Positions 1 through 9,546 are shown, counted from the stretch's first letter. The stretch: DNA of 64,000 bases from Candidatus Limnocylindrus sp. (GCA_040397175.1 JBBAWM010000001.1:281976-345975); one strand, 5' to 3'. The notes: generated by a model not told the origin, from the letters alone. Program-made: numbers and translations.

Positions 1-1
1 G

Positions 2-1039
2 CCGCTCAAGGAGATCGCAACGCCTGGCGCGTCAACTATTGATGAACTTGCGACCCAGCTGAAGGTTCCCGCCTCCACGTGCGCGAAGGCGGTCTTCTTC
101 GCAGATCGCGACGGACGACTAATCGTTGCCATTGTGCGCGGTGACGACGAGGTCGAAGAGACGAAGCTGACGAACGCTATCGGTGCCCGCGACCTACGAC
201 CCGCTCGCGAGGAAGAGATTCGTGCCGCGGGTATGGAGCCAGGGTACGCGTCGCCTGTTGGCATCAAGGGTGCAACCGTGGTCGTAGATGAGCTCGTTGC
301 ATCGACCGCCAACATGGTCGCGGGCGCCAATAAGGCCGGCTATCACCTTACGGGCGTGAACGTGGGCCGGGATTACACGCCGACCGCTGTTGCCGATATC
401 GCCTCCGCAAAGGTGGGGGATGCCTGCCTCGCTTGCGGCGGCACGTTGCGCATTAAGAACGGTATCGAGGTGGGCAATATCTTCAAGCTCGGTACGCGGT
501 ACACGGGCGCGCTCGGTGCAACATACGCCGACGAGGCGGGGGTCTCGCACCCGATCGTGATGGGCTCGTATGGCATTGGCGTTGGTCGTACGGTCGCCTG
601 CATCGCAGAGGCGCACCACGACGAGAAGGGGCTCTCTTGGCCGATCTCGATCAGCCCCTTCGACGCGCAGGTTGCGATCGTTGGCGCAAACAAAGATCCG
701 AAGGTAACCGAGATCGCGCTCGCCCTCGAGGCGGAGGCGGAGGCTGCCGGGATTGAGTTGCTGGTAGATGATCGCAGCGAGACCCCCGGCGTAAAGTTCG
801 CCGACGCAGAGCTGATCGGGGCCCCATGGATGGTCACCATTTCGCCGCGTTCGCTTGAGGCGGGTGGGGCGGAGGTCACACGTCGTTCAACGGGGGAGCG
901 GAGCGTTCTCCCGATCGCCCAGGTCCTCGGCGCCATTCGTGCCGCCCAAGCGAGCGACCGTGCCGCGATCGAGGCAGAGCTGCTCAAGCGCGGCTACCCA
1001 CCGCGGCACGCGGCGCGTGATCCGCACCCAGCATCCTGA
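2..1039 (+). CDS. proS: Prolyl-tRNA synthetase, 5'-truncated by the window edge (editing domain, motif 3, anticodon-binding domain)
   Basis: Frame is open from base 2 (PLKEIATPGASTIDEL); motifs GIEVGNIFKLGTRY, MGSYGIGVGR and DDRSETPGVKFADAELIG. Confidence 0.95.
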   Translation, partial: PLKEIATPGASTIDELATQLKVPASTCAKAVFFADRDGRLIVAIVRGDDEVEETKLTNAIGARDLRPAREEEIRAAGMEPGYASPVGIKGATVVVDELVASTANMVAGANKAGYHLTGVNVGRDYTPTAVADIASAKVGDACLACGGTLRIKNGIEVGNIFKLGTRYTGALGATYADEAGVSHPIVMGSYGIGVGRTVACIAEAHHDEKGLSWPISISPFDAQVAIVGANKDPKVTEIALALEAEAEAAGIELLVDDRSETPGVKFADAELIGAPWMVTISPRSLEAGGAEVTRRSTGERSVLPIAQVLGAIRAAQASDRAAIEAELLKRGYPPRHAARDPHPAS

Positions 1040-2253
1040 TGCCCGACATCCTGATCGGTCTCGCAACCGTGCTGATCTCTGCAGGGGTCACCTATCTGGT
1101 CGTTCGCCGATTCACGGCGCAGGATGTTGCAACCGAGGCCGATCGGGCATCGCGTGAGAGCAGCCGAGCAGATGTTGCCTGGGATCGGGCCGATCGTCGC
1201 TCTGAACGCCTGAACGCCCTGCTCGAGGCGACTGACGATGCGATCCTACGTGTCGGTTCCGATTTGGTGATTCGCGCCGCGAGTCCGGTCACCGGCGAGA
1301 TTCTGGCGCGCGGCGACGTGCAGTTTCGCGGCATGCCGCTGATCGAGGCAACTGTCGACTTCCGACTTGAGGAGTTGGCGCGTAGTGCGATTGGCGGCCA
1401 GGTGCAGCGGGGAACGATTGATCTCCGCGACGGTCGTCTAGGACACTCTGACGAGGCGCGCCACGTCTCGGTGGTGGCGGCACCCGACGGCGATGGCGGA
1501 GCGTGGCTGGTCTTGCGCGACCTTACGGAGGTTCGTCGACTGCGTCAGATCCGCACCGAATTCGTCGACAACCTCTCACATGAACTGCGCACCCCGTTGG
1601 CAACGATTCGGCTCCTTGCGGAGACCATCGGTAGCGCCGCTGGGAAGGGTGATACCGCTGGGATCGCCAGCCGCAGTGCCCAAATCGAAGTCGAGGTCCT
1701 CCATTTGGTGCAGATGGCGGATGAGATGCTCGACCTAGCCACGCTTGAGGCGGGTGAGATCCCACTCCGCATGGCCGATTTCGACCTCGTCGCCCTGGGC
1801 CAAGAGGTCGCGCAGCGGTTCGCCCCTGTTGCGGCGCAACACGGCGGGGGGATTGATGTCGTCGGAACAGGCCCGCTCCTCATCTCAGGCGACCGAGATC
1901 GCCTCCGCCAGGCTGTGGCAAACCTTGTCCATAACGCCGTGAAGTACAGCCGTTCGGGTGGACGGGTAGAGCTCCATATTCAGCGACTTAGCGATGGCGG
2001 TTCGCAGATTGCCGTGGTCGATCATGGCATTGGCATTGACCGAGCCCACCTATCGCGCATCTTCGAGCGCTTCTTCACCGTCGAGCGAGTTGATGGCGGT
2101 GCAGGTGCTGTCGGTGGTGGAGGGACTGGGCTCGGCCTCGCGATCGCCCGACACGCCGTGCTTCGTCATGGTGGTGAGATCAGTGTGGACTCAACCGCTG
2201 GCGTTGGGACGACCTTCACGATTACCCTCCCCGCCGCAGGGGTCGCCTCCTGA
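1039..2253 (+). CDS. PhoR/SenX3-like sensor histidine kinase (one TM helix, PAS-like region, HisKA, HATPase)
   Basis: H-box FVDNLSHELRTPL, N-box NLVHNAVKYS, G-boxes DHGIGI and GTGLGL; lies beside phosphate genes. Confidence 0.9.
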   Translation: MPDILIGLATVLISAGVTYLVVRRFTAQDVATEADRASRESSRADVAWDRADRRSERLNALLEATDDAILRVGSDLVIRAASPVTGEILARGDVQFRGMPLIEATVDFRLEELARSAIGGQVQRGTIDLRDGRLGHSDEARHVSVVAAPDGDGGAWLVLRDLTEVRRLRQIRTEFVDNLSHELRTPLATIRLLAETIGSAAGKGDTAGIASRSAQIEVEVLHLVQMADEMLDLATLEAGEIPLRMADFDLVALGQEVAQRFAPVAAQHGGGIDVVGTGPLLISGDRDRLRQAVANLVHNAVKYSRSGGRVELHIQRLSDGGSQIAVVDHGIGIDRAHLSRIFERFFTVERVDGGAGAVGGGGTGLGLAIARHAVLRHGGEISVDSTAGVGTTFTITLPAAGVAS

Positions 2254-2963
2254 GTCATCGCCCAAGCCCGATCGGCCGCGCGCGCGAGGCGCTCCAACGC
2301 CCACTCCTCCTCGCACATCGCGGGGCACACAGCGAGTCGATCCGTGAGAACAGCCTGGCCGCCCTGGTTGCGGGTGCTACGTCGTGCGACGGCGTGGAGT
2401 TTGATGTGCGCTGTAGCAGCGACGGGGTAGCAGTGATCATTCACGATGAGCGGCTCGATCGACTGTTCGGCGTTCCGCGGCGTGTCGGCGAGCTCTCGGC
2501 GGCCGATCTCGAGGAGATCGGAGTCCCCTCCCTCGCCGCCGCGCTTGCTGCCATGCCAGTCACCACGCTGATTGACCTCGAACTAAAGGAGCAGCCCACC
2601 GACGAGTTCTTTGCCGCACTGATCGCCGCTCGCGGACCAGATGCTGAGGGGGTGGTCGTTTCCAGTTTCACCCCCGCCGTACTCCGAACTGTGGAGGCGC
2701 GGGCGCCCCAATGGCCGCGCTGGCTTAACGCTGAAACCGTCACTGAGGCAGAGAGGGTGGCTGAGGCTGGTTGCGTGGGTCTCTCGGTCACGATTGACCT
2801 TTTGAGCGACGCGAACCTCAACCGCTGGCGCGAAGCGGGCCTCGAGGTTGCGGCGTGGACGGTGCGGAACGCACAGGGCTCCACGTGGGCCGCTGATGCG
2901 CGCCTTGCTGCACTCTGTGTCGAGGGGGAAGGGATTACCGCCGCTCGCGCGGCGACGCGCTAG
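2250..2963 (+). CDS. Glycerophosphodiester phosphodiesterase (GDPD/UgpQ family), probable CTG start
   Basis: In-frame LAHRG...RENS motif lies upstream of the ORF-track start at 2394, followed by EFDV, IHD and LELK; CTG at 2250 overlaps the kinase TGA. Confidence 0.85.
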   Translation: MSHRPSPIGRAREALQRPLLLAHRGAHSESIRENSLAALVAGATSCDGVEFDVRCSSDGVAVIIHDERLDRLFGVPRRVGELSAADLEEIGVPSLAAALAAMPVTTLIDLELKEQPTDEFFAALIAARGPDAEGVVVSSFTPAVLRTVEARAPQWPRWLNAETVTEAERVAEAGCVGLSVTIDLLSDANLNRWREAGLEVAAWTVRNAQGSTWAADARLAALCVEGEGITAARAATR

Positions 2964-3484
2964 CGCTCGCTCTTTGGGGCGCGTAGGAGCGCGGGTGGAA
3001 CGAGCGCCACAATTCGACCGCTCCCTGGGGTGTATGGCGCAGAGATATCAATGCGGATCATTGACCCCTTCTCCACGGGAATGGTCGCCAGGCCAGTGAG
3101 CTCCGAGATCAGCGTTCCAAGGTGGGGCTGATGTCCGACGATGAGGAGGGCCTCCTGGCCGCGTCGGGCGAGCAACTTGGCGATGTGCGCGGCGGTCGGG
3201 CCATCAGCGAGATGCTCGTCGATGGTTGCAGTTGTCTCCAACGCGGCGGCGATCACGGCGCAGGTTTCCGTGCAGCGGCGCGCCGGCGAGGTACGGATCG
3301 AACCAACGTTGGTACCAGCGGCAACGAGTGCCGCTGCAAGTCGGGCGGCCTGCTTTACCCCCTTTGAACTAAGTGGCCGCTCCGCATCGGGACCGATCCA
3401 TTCGGCTGGATCACCAGCGTCGGCATGGCGAACAATGTAGAGGCGCTTCTGGTCGCTGGTTGAGGTTGCGCTGTCGGGACTCAA
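2960..3484 (-). CDS. sixA: SixA-like phosphohistidine phosphatase
   Basis: VRHADA, RPLS, TSPARRCTET and VGHQP histidine-phosphatase motifs; TTG start overlaps the phoU stop. Confidence 0.85.
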   Translation of the reverse strand: MSPDSATSTSDQKRLYIVRHADAGDPAEWIGPDAERPLSSKGVKQAARLAAALVAAGTNVGSIRTSPARRCTETCAVIAAALETTATIDEHLADGPTAAHIAKLLARRGQEALLIVGHQPHLGTLISELTGLATIPVEKGSMIRIDISAPYTPGSGRIVALVPPALLRAPKSER

Positions 3485-4230
3485 GGATTGAGATCCTCAA
3501 CCTCTCCAGAGGCAAGGTAGACGATGTCCTCGGCAATATTGGTCGTGCGGTCGCCAATTCGCTCGAGGTAGTGCGCGGCGAAGAGGAGGCGGGTTCCGCG
3601 AGCAACGTTCGACTGGTCGGCCTCCATCAAACGGATGCACTCATCGAACGATTGCCGATAGAGGGCGTCGATCTGGTCGTCGCTGACAGCGACCTCCCGG
3701 GCGCGGACTGGGTCAACGTCAACGAGCGCCATCAGGATCCCGTGGAGCTGCGTGGCCGCCAACTCGCCGATTTCGGGGAGATGGAGGTAGCGTTGCAGCG
3801 CAGGCTCTGGGGCGAGTGCGACGGCGATCTTCGCCACCGATGCAGCATGGTCGCCAATGCGCTCCAGCTCATAGACGACGTGGTTCATCATCAAGAGATT
3901 GCGCAGGTCTCGGGCCACTGGGCTCTGCGTTGCAATGGTGGTGGTGATTGCCGTGATGACCTCGTGCTGCATGTCATTGATCTTTCGGTCACCAATGATC
4001 ACTCCCGTGGCCTTCTCGGCGTTGTGGGTGACGAGCGCATCGAGGGCGTCGCGGATCGCCGCCTCCGCCATGCTCCCCATGCGGATCACGGTCTCCTTGA
4101 TAATGCGCAGCTCGCGGTCGAGCGGCTCTCGGGCACCTTGCGGCGCCGCGGTGGCCCCGTCGGAAGCGGTGCGCGCGAGAATCTCCTGGATCTCGTTCTC
4201 GACTCGACCCTGCTCGTCTCCTGGTCCCAT
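3481..4230 (-). CDS. phoU: Phosphate signalling complex protein PhoU
   Basis: Two PhoU repeats (ELERIGDHA, YLERIGDRTTNIAE) and QSPVARDLR; ATG at 4230 has a GGAGGGG SD (alternative GTG at 4263). Confidence 0.95.
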   Translation of the reverse strand: MGPGDEQGRVENEIQEILARTASDGATAAPQGAREPLDRELRIIKETVIRMGSMAEAAIRDALDALVTHNAEKATGVIIGDRKINDMQHEVITAITTTIATQSPVARDLRNLLMMNHVVYELERIGDHAASVAKIAVALAPEPALQRYLHLPEIGELAATQLHGILMALVDVDPVRAREVAVSDDQIDALYRQSFDECIRLMEADQSNVARGTRLLFAAHYLERIGDRTTNIAEDIVYLASGEVEDLNP

Positions 4231-4257
4231 TACCCCTCCGCGCTGATCGTTGAGTTG

Positions 4258-4358
4258 GTTCACATCCTACCGCCCCAGCCCCGCCAAGAGCGAATCTCCG
4301 TTCACGGGTAGGATGCGCAAATGGTGGCCGGTCGTCGTTCACGGGGTGTTCACGCGGT
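4258..4358 (+). promoter_or_regulatory. Divergent phoU/ppx control region with four GTTCAC sites, including an 11-bp direct repeat (candidate PHO box)
   Basis: GTTCAC at 4258, 4300, 4337 and 4348; GTTCACGGGGT-GTTCACGCGGT tandem; -10-like TAGGAT at 4309-4314 (+) and 4264-4269 (-). Confidence 0.6.
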
Positions 4359-5391
4359 AGCACCGCGCTCAGCCGGCACCCCCCGAACCCCACGATCCCC
4401 TTCGCCCCGTCGCGGTCGGGTCGGGAGTTCCCAGGCTGGGATCCCACGGGTCTGTGCCGTGGTCGATATCGGCTCCAACTCCACCCACCTCTATGTTGCA
4501 GTCTCCGATGGGGTGCGCCAAGAGGTCATCGCCGATGAGTCGATGCCGATTGAGCTCGGTCGCCTGGTCGAACAAGATCGAATGATCGGGCGCAAGGCCA
4601 CGACGGCGATCAGTGACGCGCTCGCGGCGTTTCGTGCGCGCGCCAGTACCCTCGGCGCCGATGAACTATTTGTCGTCGCCACGGAGCCATTCCGGCGGGC
4701 CCGTGATCAGGAGAGTGTGCTTCGCACCCTGCGCGGACCGAAGGTCGGTGCACCGATTGTGTTGACCCATGAGGAGGAGGGGCTCCTCACCGTCCTTGGC
4801 CTGCACCACGGGCACGACCACTCGGTGCCGCAGCTCGTCGTCGACATTGGTGGTGGCTCGACTGAAGCGGTTGAACTTCATCCTGATGAACTACCGCGTG
4901 CAATCGGTGTATCCATTGGCTCCGCACGGCTCTTGGCGCGCGTCTCGTACCAAGACCCACCGCGTCCGCGAGAGTGGCAGGAGCTCCGTCGACACGCCCA
5001 GATCGCGCTGGCCGACCTTACCGTTGCCGACGTTCACCAGCTGATCTTGGTGGGCGGAACGGCAACAAGACTCCTCAAACTCGTTCCAGCGACGCTGATC
5101 AGTCGCACAATTCATCGCGAAGATCTTGCAGCCATGGGGGAGCGCCTGGCGGCGCTCACGGCAAAGGAGGTGGCGGAACGCTTCGCAATTTCACAGCGCC
5201 GCGCTCGACTCCTGCCAGCGGGCATTGCCATCGTGGAGGCGCTCCTGCAGCGAACGACGGCGCGCGAGGTCACCGTTGATCGCGGGGGAATTCGTGAAGG
5301 TCTCGTCGTCGCCGTAGCGCGAGCGGGCAATGGGTGGCGCGAGGCCCTGCCAACCCTCGTCATGGAGACCCGTGCAGGCTCCCCGCGCTAG
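4321..5391 (+). CDS. ppx: Ppx/GppA family exopolyphosphatase, short form without HD domain
   Basis: VDIGSNS, VATEPFR, EEEG, DIGGGSTE, GGT and GIREG motifs. Confidence 0.9.
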   Translation: MVAGRRSRGVHAVAPRSAGTPRTPRSPSPRRGRVGSSQAGIPRVCAVVDIGSNSTHLYVAVSDGVRQEVIADESMPIELGRLVEQDRMIGRKATTAISDALAAFRARASTLGADELFVVATEPFRRARDQESVLRTLRGPKVGAPIVLTHEEEGLLTVLGLHHGHDHSVPQLVVDIGGGSTEAVELHPDELPRAIGVSIGSARLLARVSYQDPPRPREWQELRRHAQIALADLTVADVHQLILVGGTATRLLKLVPATLISRTIHREDLAAMGERLAALTAKEVAERFAISQRRARLLPAGIAIVEALLQRTTAREVTVDRGGIREGLVVAVARAGNGWREALPTLVMETRAGSPR

Positions 5392-6017
5392 ATCGTTATC
5401 GAGAGCAGCCGCGCCGCGCGATCAACCTTCGCTTCGCCGCCAACCGTAACCCCTGGTTGCGCAGCGAGCCATGTCGCGAGTTCGCTCGCGGCGCGATCAC
5501 GAGCCTCGGGTCGAACGGTAGCGAGAAACTCGATCTCGAGCTCCGTCCAGCGCCGTTCTCCCTCCGCAGTTGGTGTGAGCGCACGAACGTCGTCGATGCT
5601 GAGCTGTGCAATCTCGCCGTCGATGTTTGAGAGTGCTATCGGCTGGCGCTCCTGGCGAAGTGTGAGATACGGCTGTACGCGTTCGAGCACGGAGGCCACG
5701 TCAACTCCATGCTGCGCGAGCGCGGTCACAATCTCAACGGGGAGCTCCTCGCCCCGTTCTGGCGTGCGCTCAATCTCGATCCGTTCACTCAGCGGGCCCG
5801 ACGTGCCCGCCGTTCGCTCGGACTTGAGCGTGTAGCGCAGGGCTACCCCATCGGATCGACGGCGTCGTAGTCGCCAGCCAGCGGCGAGAATCTGGCCACG
5901 ATAGTCCAGGTACTCGTCAAGAAGGTGGAGGGTTGGCTGCGCTTGGGCCGCGTGATAGCCGTTGGGGAGTGTTGGGATGCGTGGCTGGTCGAGGAGAAAT
6001 TTCAACTCGCGCTCCAT
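5388..6017 (-). CDS. CYTH-domain (triphosphate tunnel metalloenzyme) protein
   Basis: Start reassigned to MERELKF (ExExK); YLD, LRRR, TLK, ELEIE and C-terminal K motifs. Confidence 0.85.
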   Translation of the reverse strand: MERELKFLLDQPRIPTLPNGYHAAQAQPTLHLLDEYLDYRGQILAAGWRLRRRRSDGVALRYTLKSERTAGTSGPLSERIEIERTPERGEELPVEIVTALAQHGVDVASVLERVQPYLTLRQERQPIALSNIDGEIAQLSIDDVRALTPTAEGERRWTELEIEFLATVRPEARDRAASELATWLAAQPGVTVGGEAKVDRAARLLSITI

Positions 6018-6024
6018 GGCGAGA

Positions 6025-8064
6025 TTATGCCCGAGAGGCGGTAATTGCCACCTGGCGCAAGGTTTCGAACGAAGAGTTGCCGGTATCGGTGAGCCGCTCC
6101 CAGGCTCCATCTGGCTGTAGCGCCCAGGCATTCGAGGTATCGGCGAGCAGCGCGTCAAGGATCTCTTCGGCCCTGCGTCGCACCTCGCTCTCTTCGAGCG
6201 GGAAGAGCACCTCGACGCGACGGTCGAGGTTGCGCTCCATGAGGTCAGCGCTCCCTGCAAAAATCTCCACCCCACCGGGGCCAGCGAAGCGATAGATGCG
6301 GCTGTGTTCAAGGTAGTCGCCAATGATGGAGCGAATGCGAAGGCGAGCCCCATGGCGTGCCGGGTTTGGCAGTAAGCCGCACATGCCACGCACGATCAGG
6401 TCAACCGATACTCCCGCCTCGGCGGCACGGTCAAGTGCGCGAATCATCTCGGGATCAATCAGCGCGTTTACCTTGATCGTGATCGAGGTTGTATCGCCCG
6501 CTTCTGCCCGCACGGTGAGCTGCTCAATGCGCCCCTTGATCTCGCTCCGAAGGTAGTCTGGGGCCACGAGGATTCGCTGATACGAGGTAGCGCGGGCGGC
6601 GCCAGTGAGGAAGTTGAAGAGTGCACCCACATCGGTGCCAATGACGTCATCTGTGGTGAAGAGGCCAATGTCCGTGTACCCGCGTGCGGTCTTCGGGTTG
6701 TAGTTTCCCGTCGACAGGTGCACGTAGCGGCGAATCGACGACCCCTCGCGCCGAGCGATCAGCGTCGCCTTGCAGTGGGTCTTAAGGCCCATCACGCCGT
6801 ATATCACGTGCGCACCCGCCTCTTCGAGCCGTCGCGCCCACTCGATGTTGGCCGCCTCGTCGAAGCGAGCCTTCAGCTCGACCAGCACGACAACCTCCTT
6901 GCCGGCATGGGCGGCACGGATCAGGTGTGCGGGAATGCTGGAGGTCGCACCTGTGCGATAGAGCGTTGACCTGATGGAGAGGACGTCGGGATCATCTGCC
7001 GCCTGGGCGAAGAGCTGATCAACGCTAGCCTCAAAGCTCTCGTATGGATGGTGCACCAGCAGGTCTCGCTCGGCAATCACTGCAAAGATGTCGCCCTTCT
7101 CAGCGTCGGCCGATTTCCCGGCGGCAATGCGCGCTGGAGTGATCGGTTGCCATCGCGGAGCTCGGAGATCTGGGCGAGGGAGGCTGGCCACGTGGAGCGC
7201 GATCGAGAGGTCCAGGATCCCCTCGACCACCTGGACCTCACCCCCGGTGATCTCAAGTCCGGCGAGGAGCACCTCAAGCAACGCGTTCGGCATCTCAGTG
7301 TCGACCTCTAGGCGCACCACGCTGCCGAACCGACGCTGACGCAGCCCCTCCTCAATCGCTTCAAGGAGGTCGTCGGCCTCCTCCTCCACGGTGTCCAGGT
7401 CGGCGTCACGCGTCACTCGAAAGAGATGCGCGTCAAGGATCTCGGTCCCGGGAAACAAGAGATCCAGGTGGGCCACGATGAGCTCTTCCATCAAGATCCA
7501 GTCACCGTTCCCAAACTGCACGATGCGTCCAAGGATGGTTGGTACCTTGACGCGCGCGAGCGAACTCTCCTGATCACCGTCCCTGCGAAGCCGAATGGCG
7601 AGTGAGAGGCTGAGCGAGCTGATCAGTGGAAACGGGTGGCCTGGATCAACGGCAAGTGGCGTGAGCACCGGAAAGATCTCCCGCGTGAACCGCTCCGTCA
7701 GGAGTGACTGCTCGGCGGCATCGAGGTCAGCCCACCTGCGAAGTGGCAACCCTGCGCTGCGCAGCTCTTCGACGAGGGTGCCCCAACTTTCTTGTGCCGA
7801 TTCCGTGAAGAGGCTGGTCGCCTCTCGAATTAGTGCGAGCTGGAGGTCGGGTGTTCGCCCGTCGGGTCCAGGTGTGCGAACGCCGGCGAGATGCTGATCT
7901 TGAATGCCTGCAACGCGCACACCGTAGAACTCGTCGATGTTGGAAGCGACAATGCCAAGGAAGCGGAAGCGATCGAGGAGCGGGCGCTTGCTGTTTGATG
8001 CTTCCGCGAGCACTCGGGCATTGAAGGCGAGGAGGGAAAGCTCGCGACTGACACCGAAGGTCAT
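6025..8064 (-). CDS. ppk1: Polyphosphate kinase 1
   Basis: RELS, HPFP, HHPYESF, ELKARFDE, KTHCK, TGNYN, LEHSR and GSADLMERNLDRRVE; ATGA overlap with the upstream gene. Confidence 0.97.
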   Translation of the reverse strand: MTFGVSRELSLLAFNARVLAEASNSKRPLLDRFRFLGIVASNIDEFYGVRVAGIQDQHLAGVRTPGPDGRTPDLQLALIREATSLFTESAQESWGTLVEELRSAGLPLRRWADLDAAEQSLLTERFTREIFPVLTPLAVDPGHPFPLISSLSLSLAIRLRRDGDQESSLARVKVPTILGRIVQFGNGDWILMEELIVAHLDLLFPGTEILDAHLFRVTRDADLDTVEEEADDLLEAIEEGLRQRRFGSVVRLEVDTEMPNALLEVLLAGLEITGGEVQVVEGILDLSIALHVASLPRPDLRAPRWQPITPARIAAGKSADAEKGDIFAVIAERDLLVHHPYESFEASVDQLFAQAADDPDVLSIRSTLYRTGATSSIPAHLIRAAHAGKEVVVLVELKARFDEAANIEWARRLEEAGAHVIYGVMGLKTHCKATLIARREGSSIRRYVHLSTGNYNPKTARGYTDIGLFTTDDVIGTDVGALFNFLTGAARATSYQRILVAPDYLRSEIKGRIEQLTVRAEAGDTTSITIKVNALIDPEMIRALDRAAEAGVSVDLIVRGMCGLLPNPARHGARLRIRSIIGDYLEHSRIYRFAGPGGVEIFAGSADLMERNLDRRVEVLFPLEESEVRRRAEEILDALLADTSNAWALQPDGAWERLTDTGNSSFETLRQVAITASRA

Positions 8065-8402
8065 CGCGGAGCACCCATGCACGTGGCGCACGCGCAGCGC
8101 TGGCGCAGCAGCGACCAGGTGTAGTACCCAGTGCGATGGCCGTCGCCCCAGAAGAGGCAGAGAGCATAACTGCCAACCATTTCGCCCCCCTCAAGCTTGG
8201 TTTGGCTTGGGCTGAGGGTTGGATTCGCATCGAGCCACCCTGGAAGGCCAGCCTCACCGCGGCAATAGGCGCAGGGGCAGAGCCATCGCAGCGGGATCGC
8301 CTCGTAGGCGCTCACATGGCCGTCGCGCCAATCCAGCTCCAGGCGCTGCTGCTCTCGCAGGATACGAATTGCGACGGGGGCTCCCTGTGCTGACTCTTGC
8401 AT
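8061..8402 (-). CDS. DUF971 / GBBH-like N-terminal metal-binding domain protein
   Basis: WRDGH, LRWLCPCAYC, VGSYAL and WGDGHRTGYYTW, plus a C-terminal CACATC. Confidence 0.85.
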   Translation of the reverse strand: MQESAQGAPVAIRILREQQRLELDWRDGHVSAYEAIPLRWLCPCAYCRGEAGLPGWLDANPTLSPSQTKLEGGEMVGSYALCLFWGDGHRTGYYTWSLLRQRCACATCMGAPR

Positions 8403-8458
8403 GGGGGGATTCTAGGGTTCGTAGGTAAACGCCAGTTAAGCGCGCACAACCAGGCGCC

Positions 8459-9508
8459 CTACGACCTCGAGGCGTCGCGCTCCGTGAGCCAGCGCTCGGC
8501 GTCGAGTGCGGCCCGGCAGCCATCGCCCGCGGCAGTGACCGCCTGGCGGTAGCGGTGGTCATGCACGTCACCGGCAATGAAGACACCGTCGATCTGGGAG
8601 GCAGACGTCTCGCTCTCAAGCTGCAAGTAGCCTGCCGCGTCAACGGGGAGGGCGCCTCCGAGCATTGCCGTATTCGGCGTGTAGCCGATCGCAACGAAGA
8701 GCCCGCCAGCGGCGAGTCGCTCTGGAGTGCTGGTTGCCCCGACAGTCGTGTCGCGCAGCATGACGGCCTCGGTGCTCTTCTCACCGAGCACCTCGACAAC
8801 CTCCCGGTTCATATGCAGCTCAATCGATGGATGGGCTTCAACGCGCGAGATCATGATCTTGCTGGCGCGGAAGCTATCACGACGATGCACGAGGTGGACC
8901 TTGGTCGCGAAGCGCGTCAGGAAGAGCGCCTCTTCGAGCGCGGTATCGCCGCCGCCGACCACGACCACCTCTTGCCCCTTGAAGAAGAATCCGTCGCAGG
9001 TTGCGCAGGCGCTGACGCCACGTCCGCGAAGGCGGGTCTCAGACTCAAGGCCGAGCCAGAGCGCTGATGCGCCGGTCGCAACGATGATGGCTTCGGCGCG
9101 GAACTCGCGACCAGCACTCCACACTCGAAGTGGCTGTGCGCTCAGGTCAACGCGATCAACATCTTGGTCCACCATGATCGAACCGAAGTGCTCGGCCTGC
9201 GCGCGCATATTCGCCATCAGCTCTGGGCCGTCGATGCCGTCAGGGAATCCTGGGAAGTTTTCGACCTCGCTGGTCAACATCAGCTGGCCACCGGGGGCAT
9301 AACCACCAATGACAACGGGTGCGAGTCCGGCGCGAGCGGCATAGATCGCAGCCGTCAGGCCAGCTGGCCCAGAACCGAGGATCAGCAGCTTCGCCTCCGT
9401 TGGTGCGGCGGATGTGGCGCTCGTGGCGACGCTCGGGTCGGCCGCTGGCGCCGCGGCGCCGAAGTCAATTGTCAGGCCGAATCCCTTGGGGGTCTCTGCG
9501 TTTGTCAT
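8459..9508 (-). CDS. trxB: Thioredoxin-disulfide reductase
   Basis: GSGPAG, CATC active site, GGGDTA, HRRD and AGDV. Confidence 0.97.
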   Translation of the reverse strand: MTNAETPKGFGLTIDFGAAAPAADPSVATSATSAAPTEAKLLILGSGPAGLTAAIYAARAGLAPVVIGGYAPGGQLMLTSEVENFPGFPDGIDGPELMANMRAQAEHFGSIMVDQDVDRVDLSAQPLRVWSAGREFRAEAIIVATGASALWLGLESETRLRGRGVSACATCDGFFFKGQEVVVVGGGDTALEEALFLTRFATKVHLVHRRDSFRASKIMISRVEAHPSIELHMNREVVEVLGEKSTEAVMLRDTTVGATSTPERLAAGGLFVAIGYTPNTAMLGGALPVDAAGYLQLESETSASQIDGVFIAGDVHDHRYRQAVTAAGDGCRAALDAERWLTERDASRS

Positions 9509-9546
9509 AGTTAGATTCTACGCCCCCTGCGGCAATGGGCGATTGA

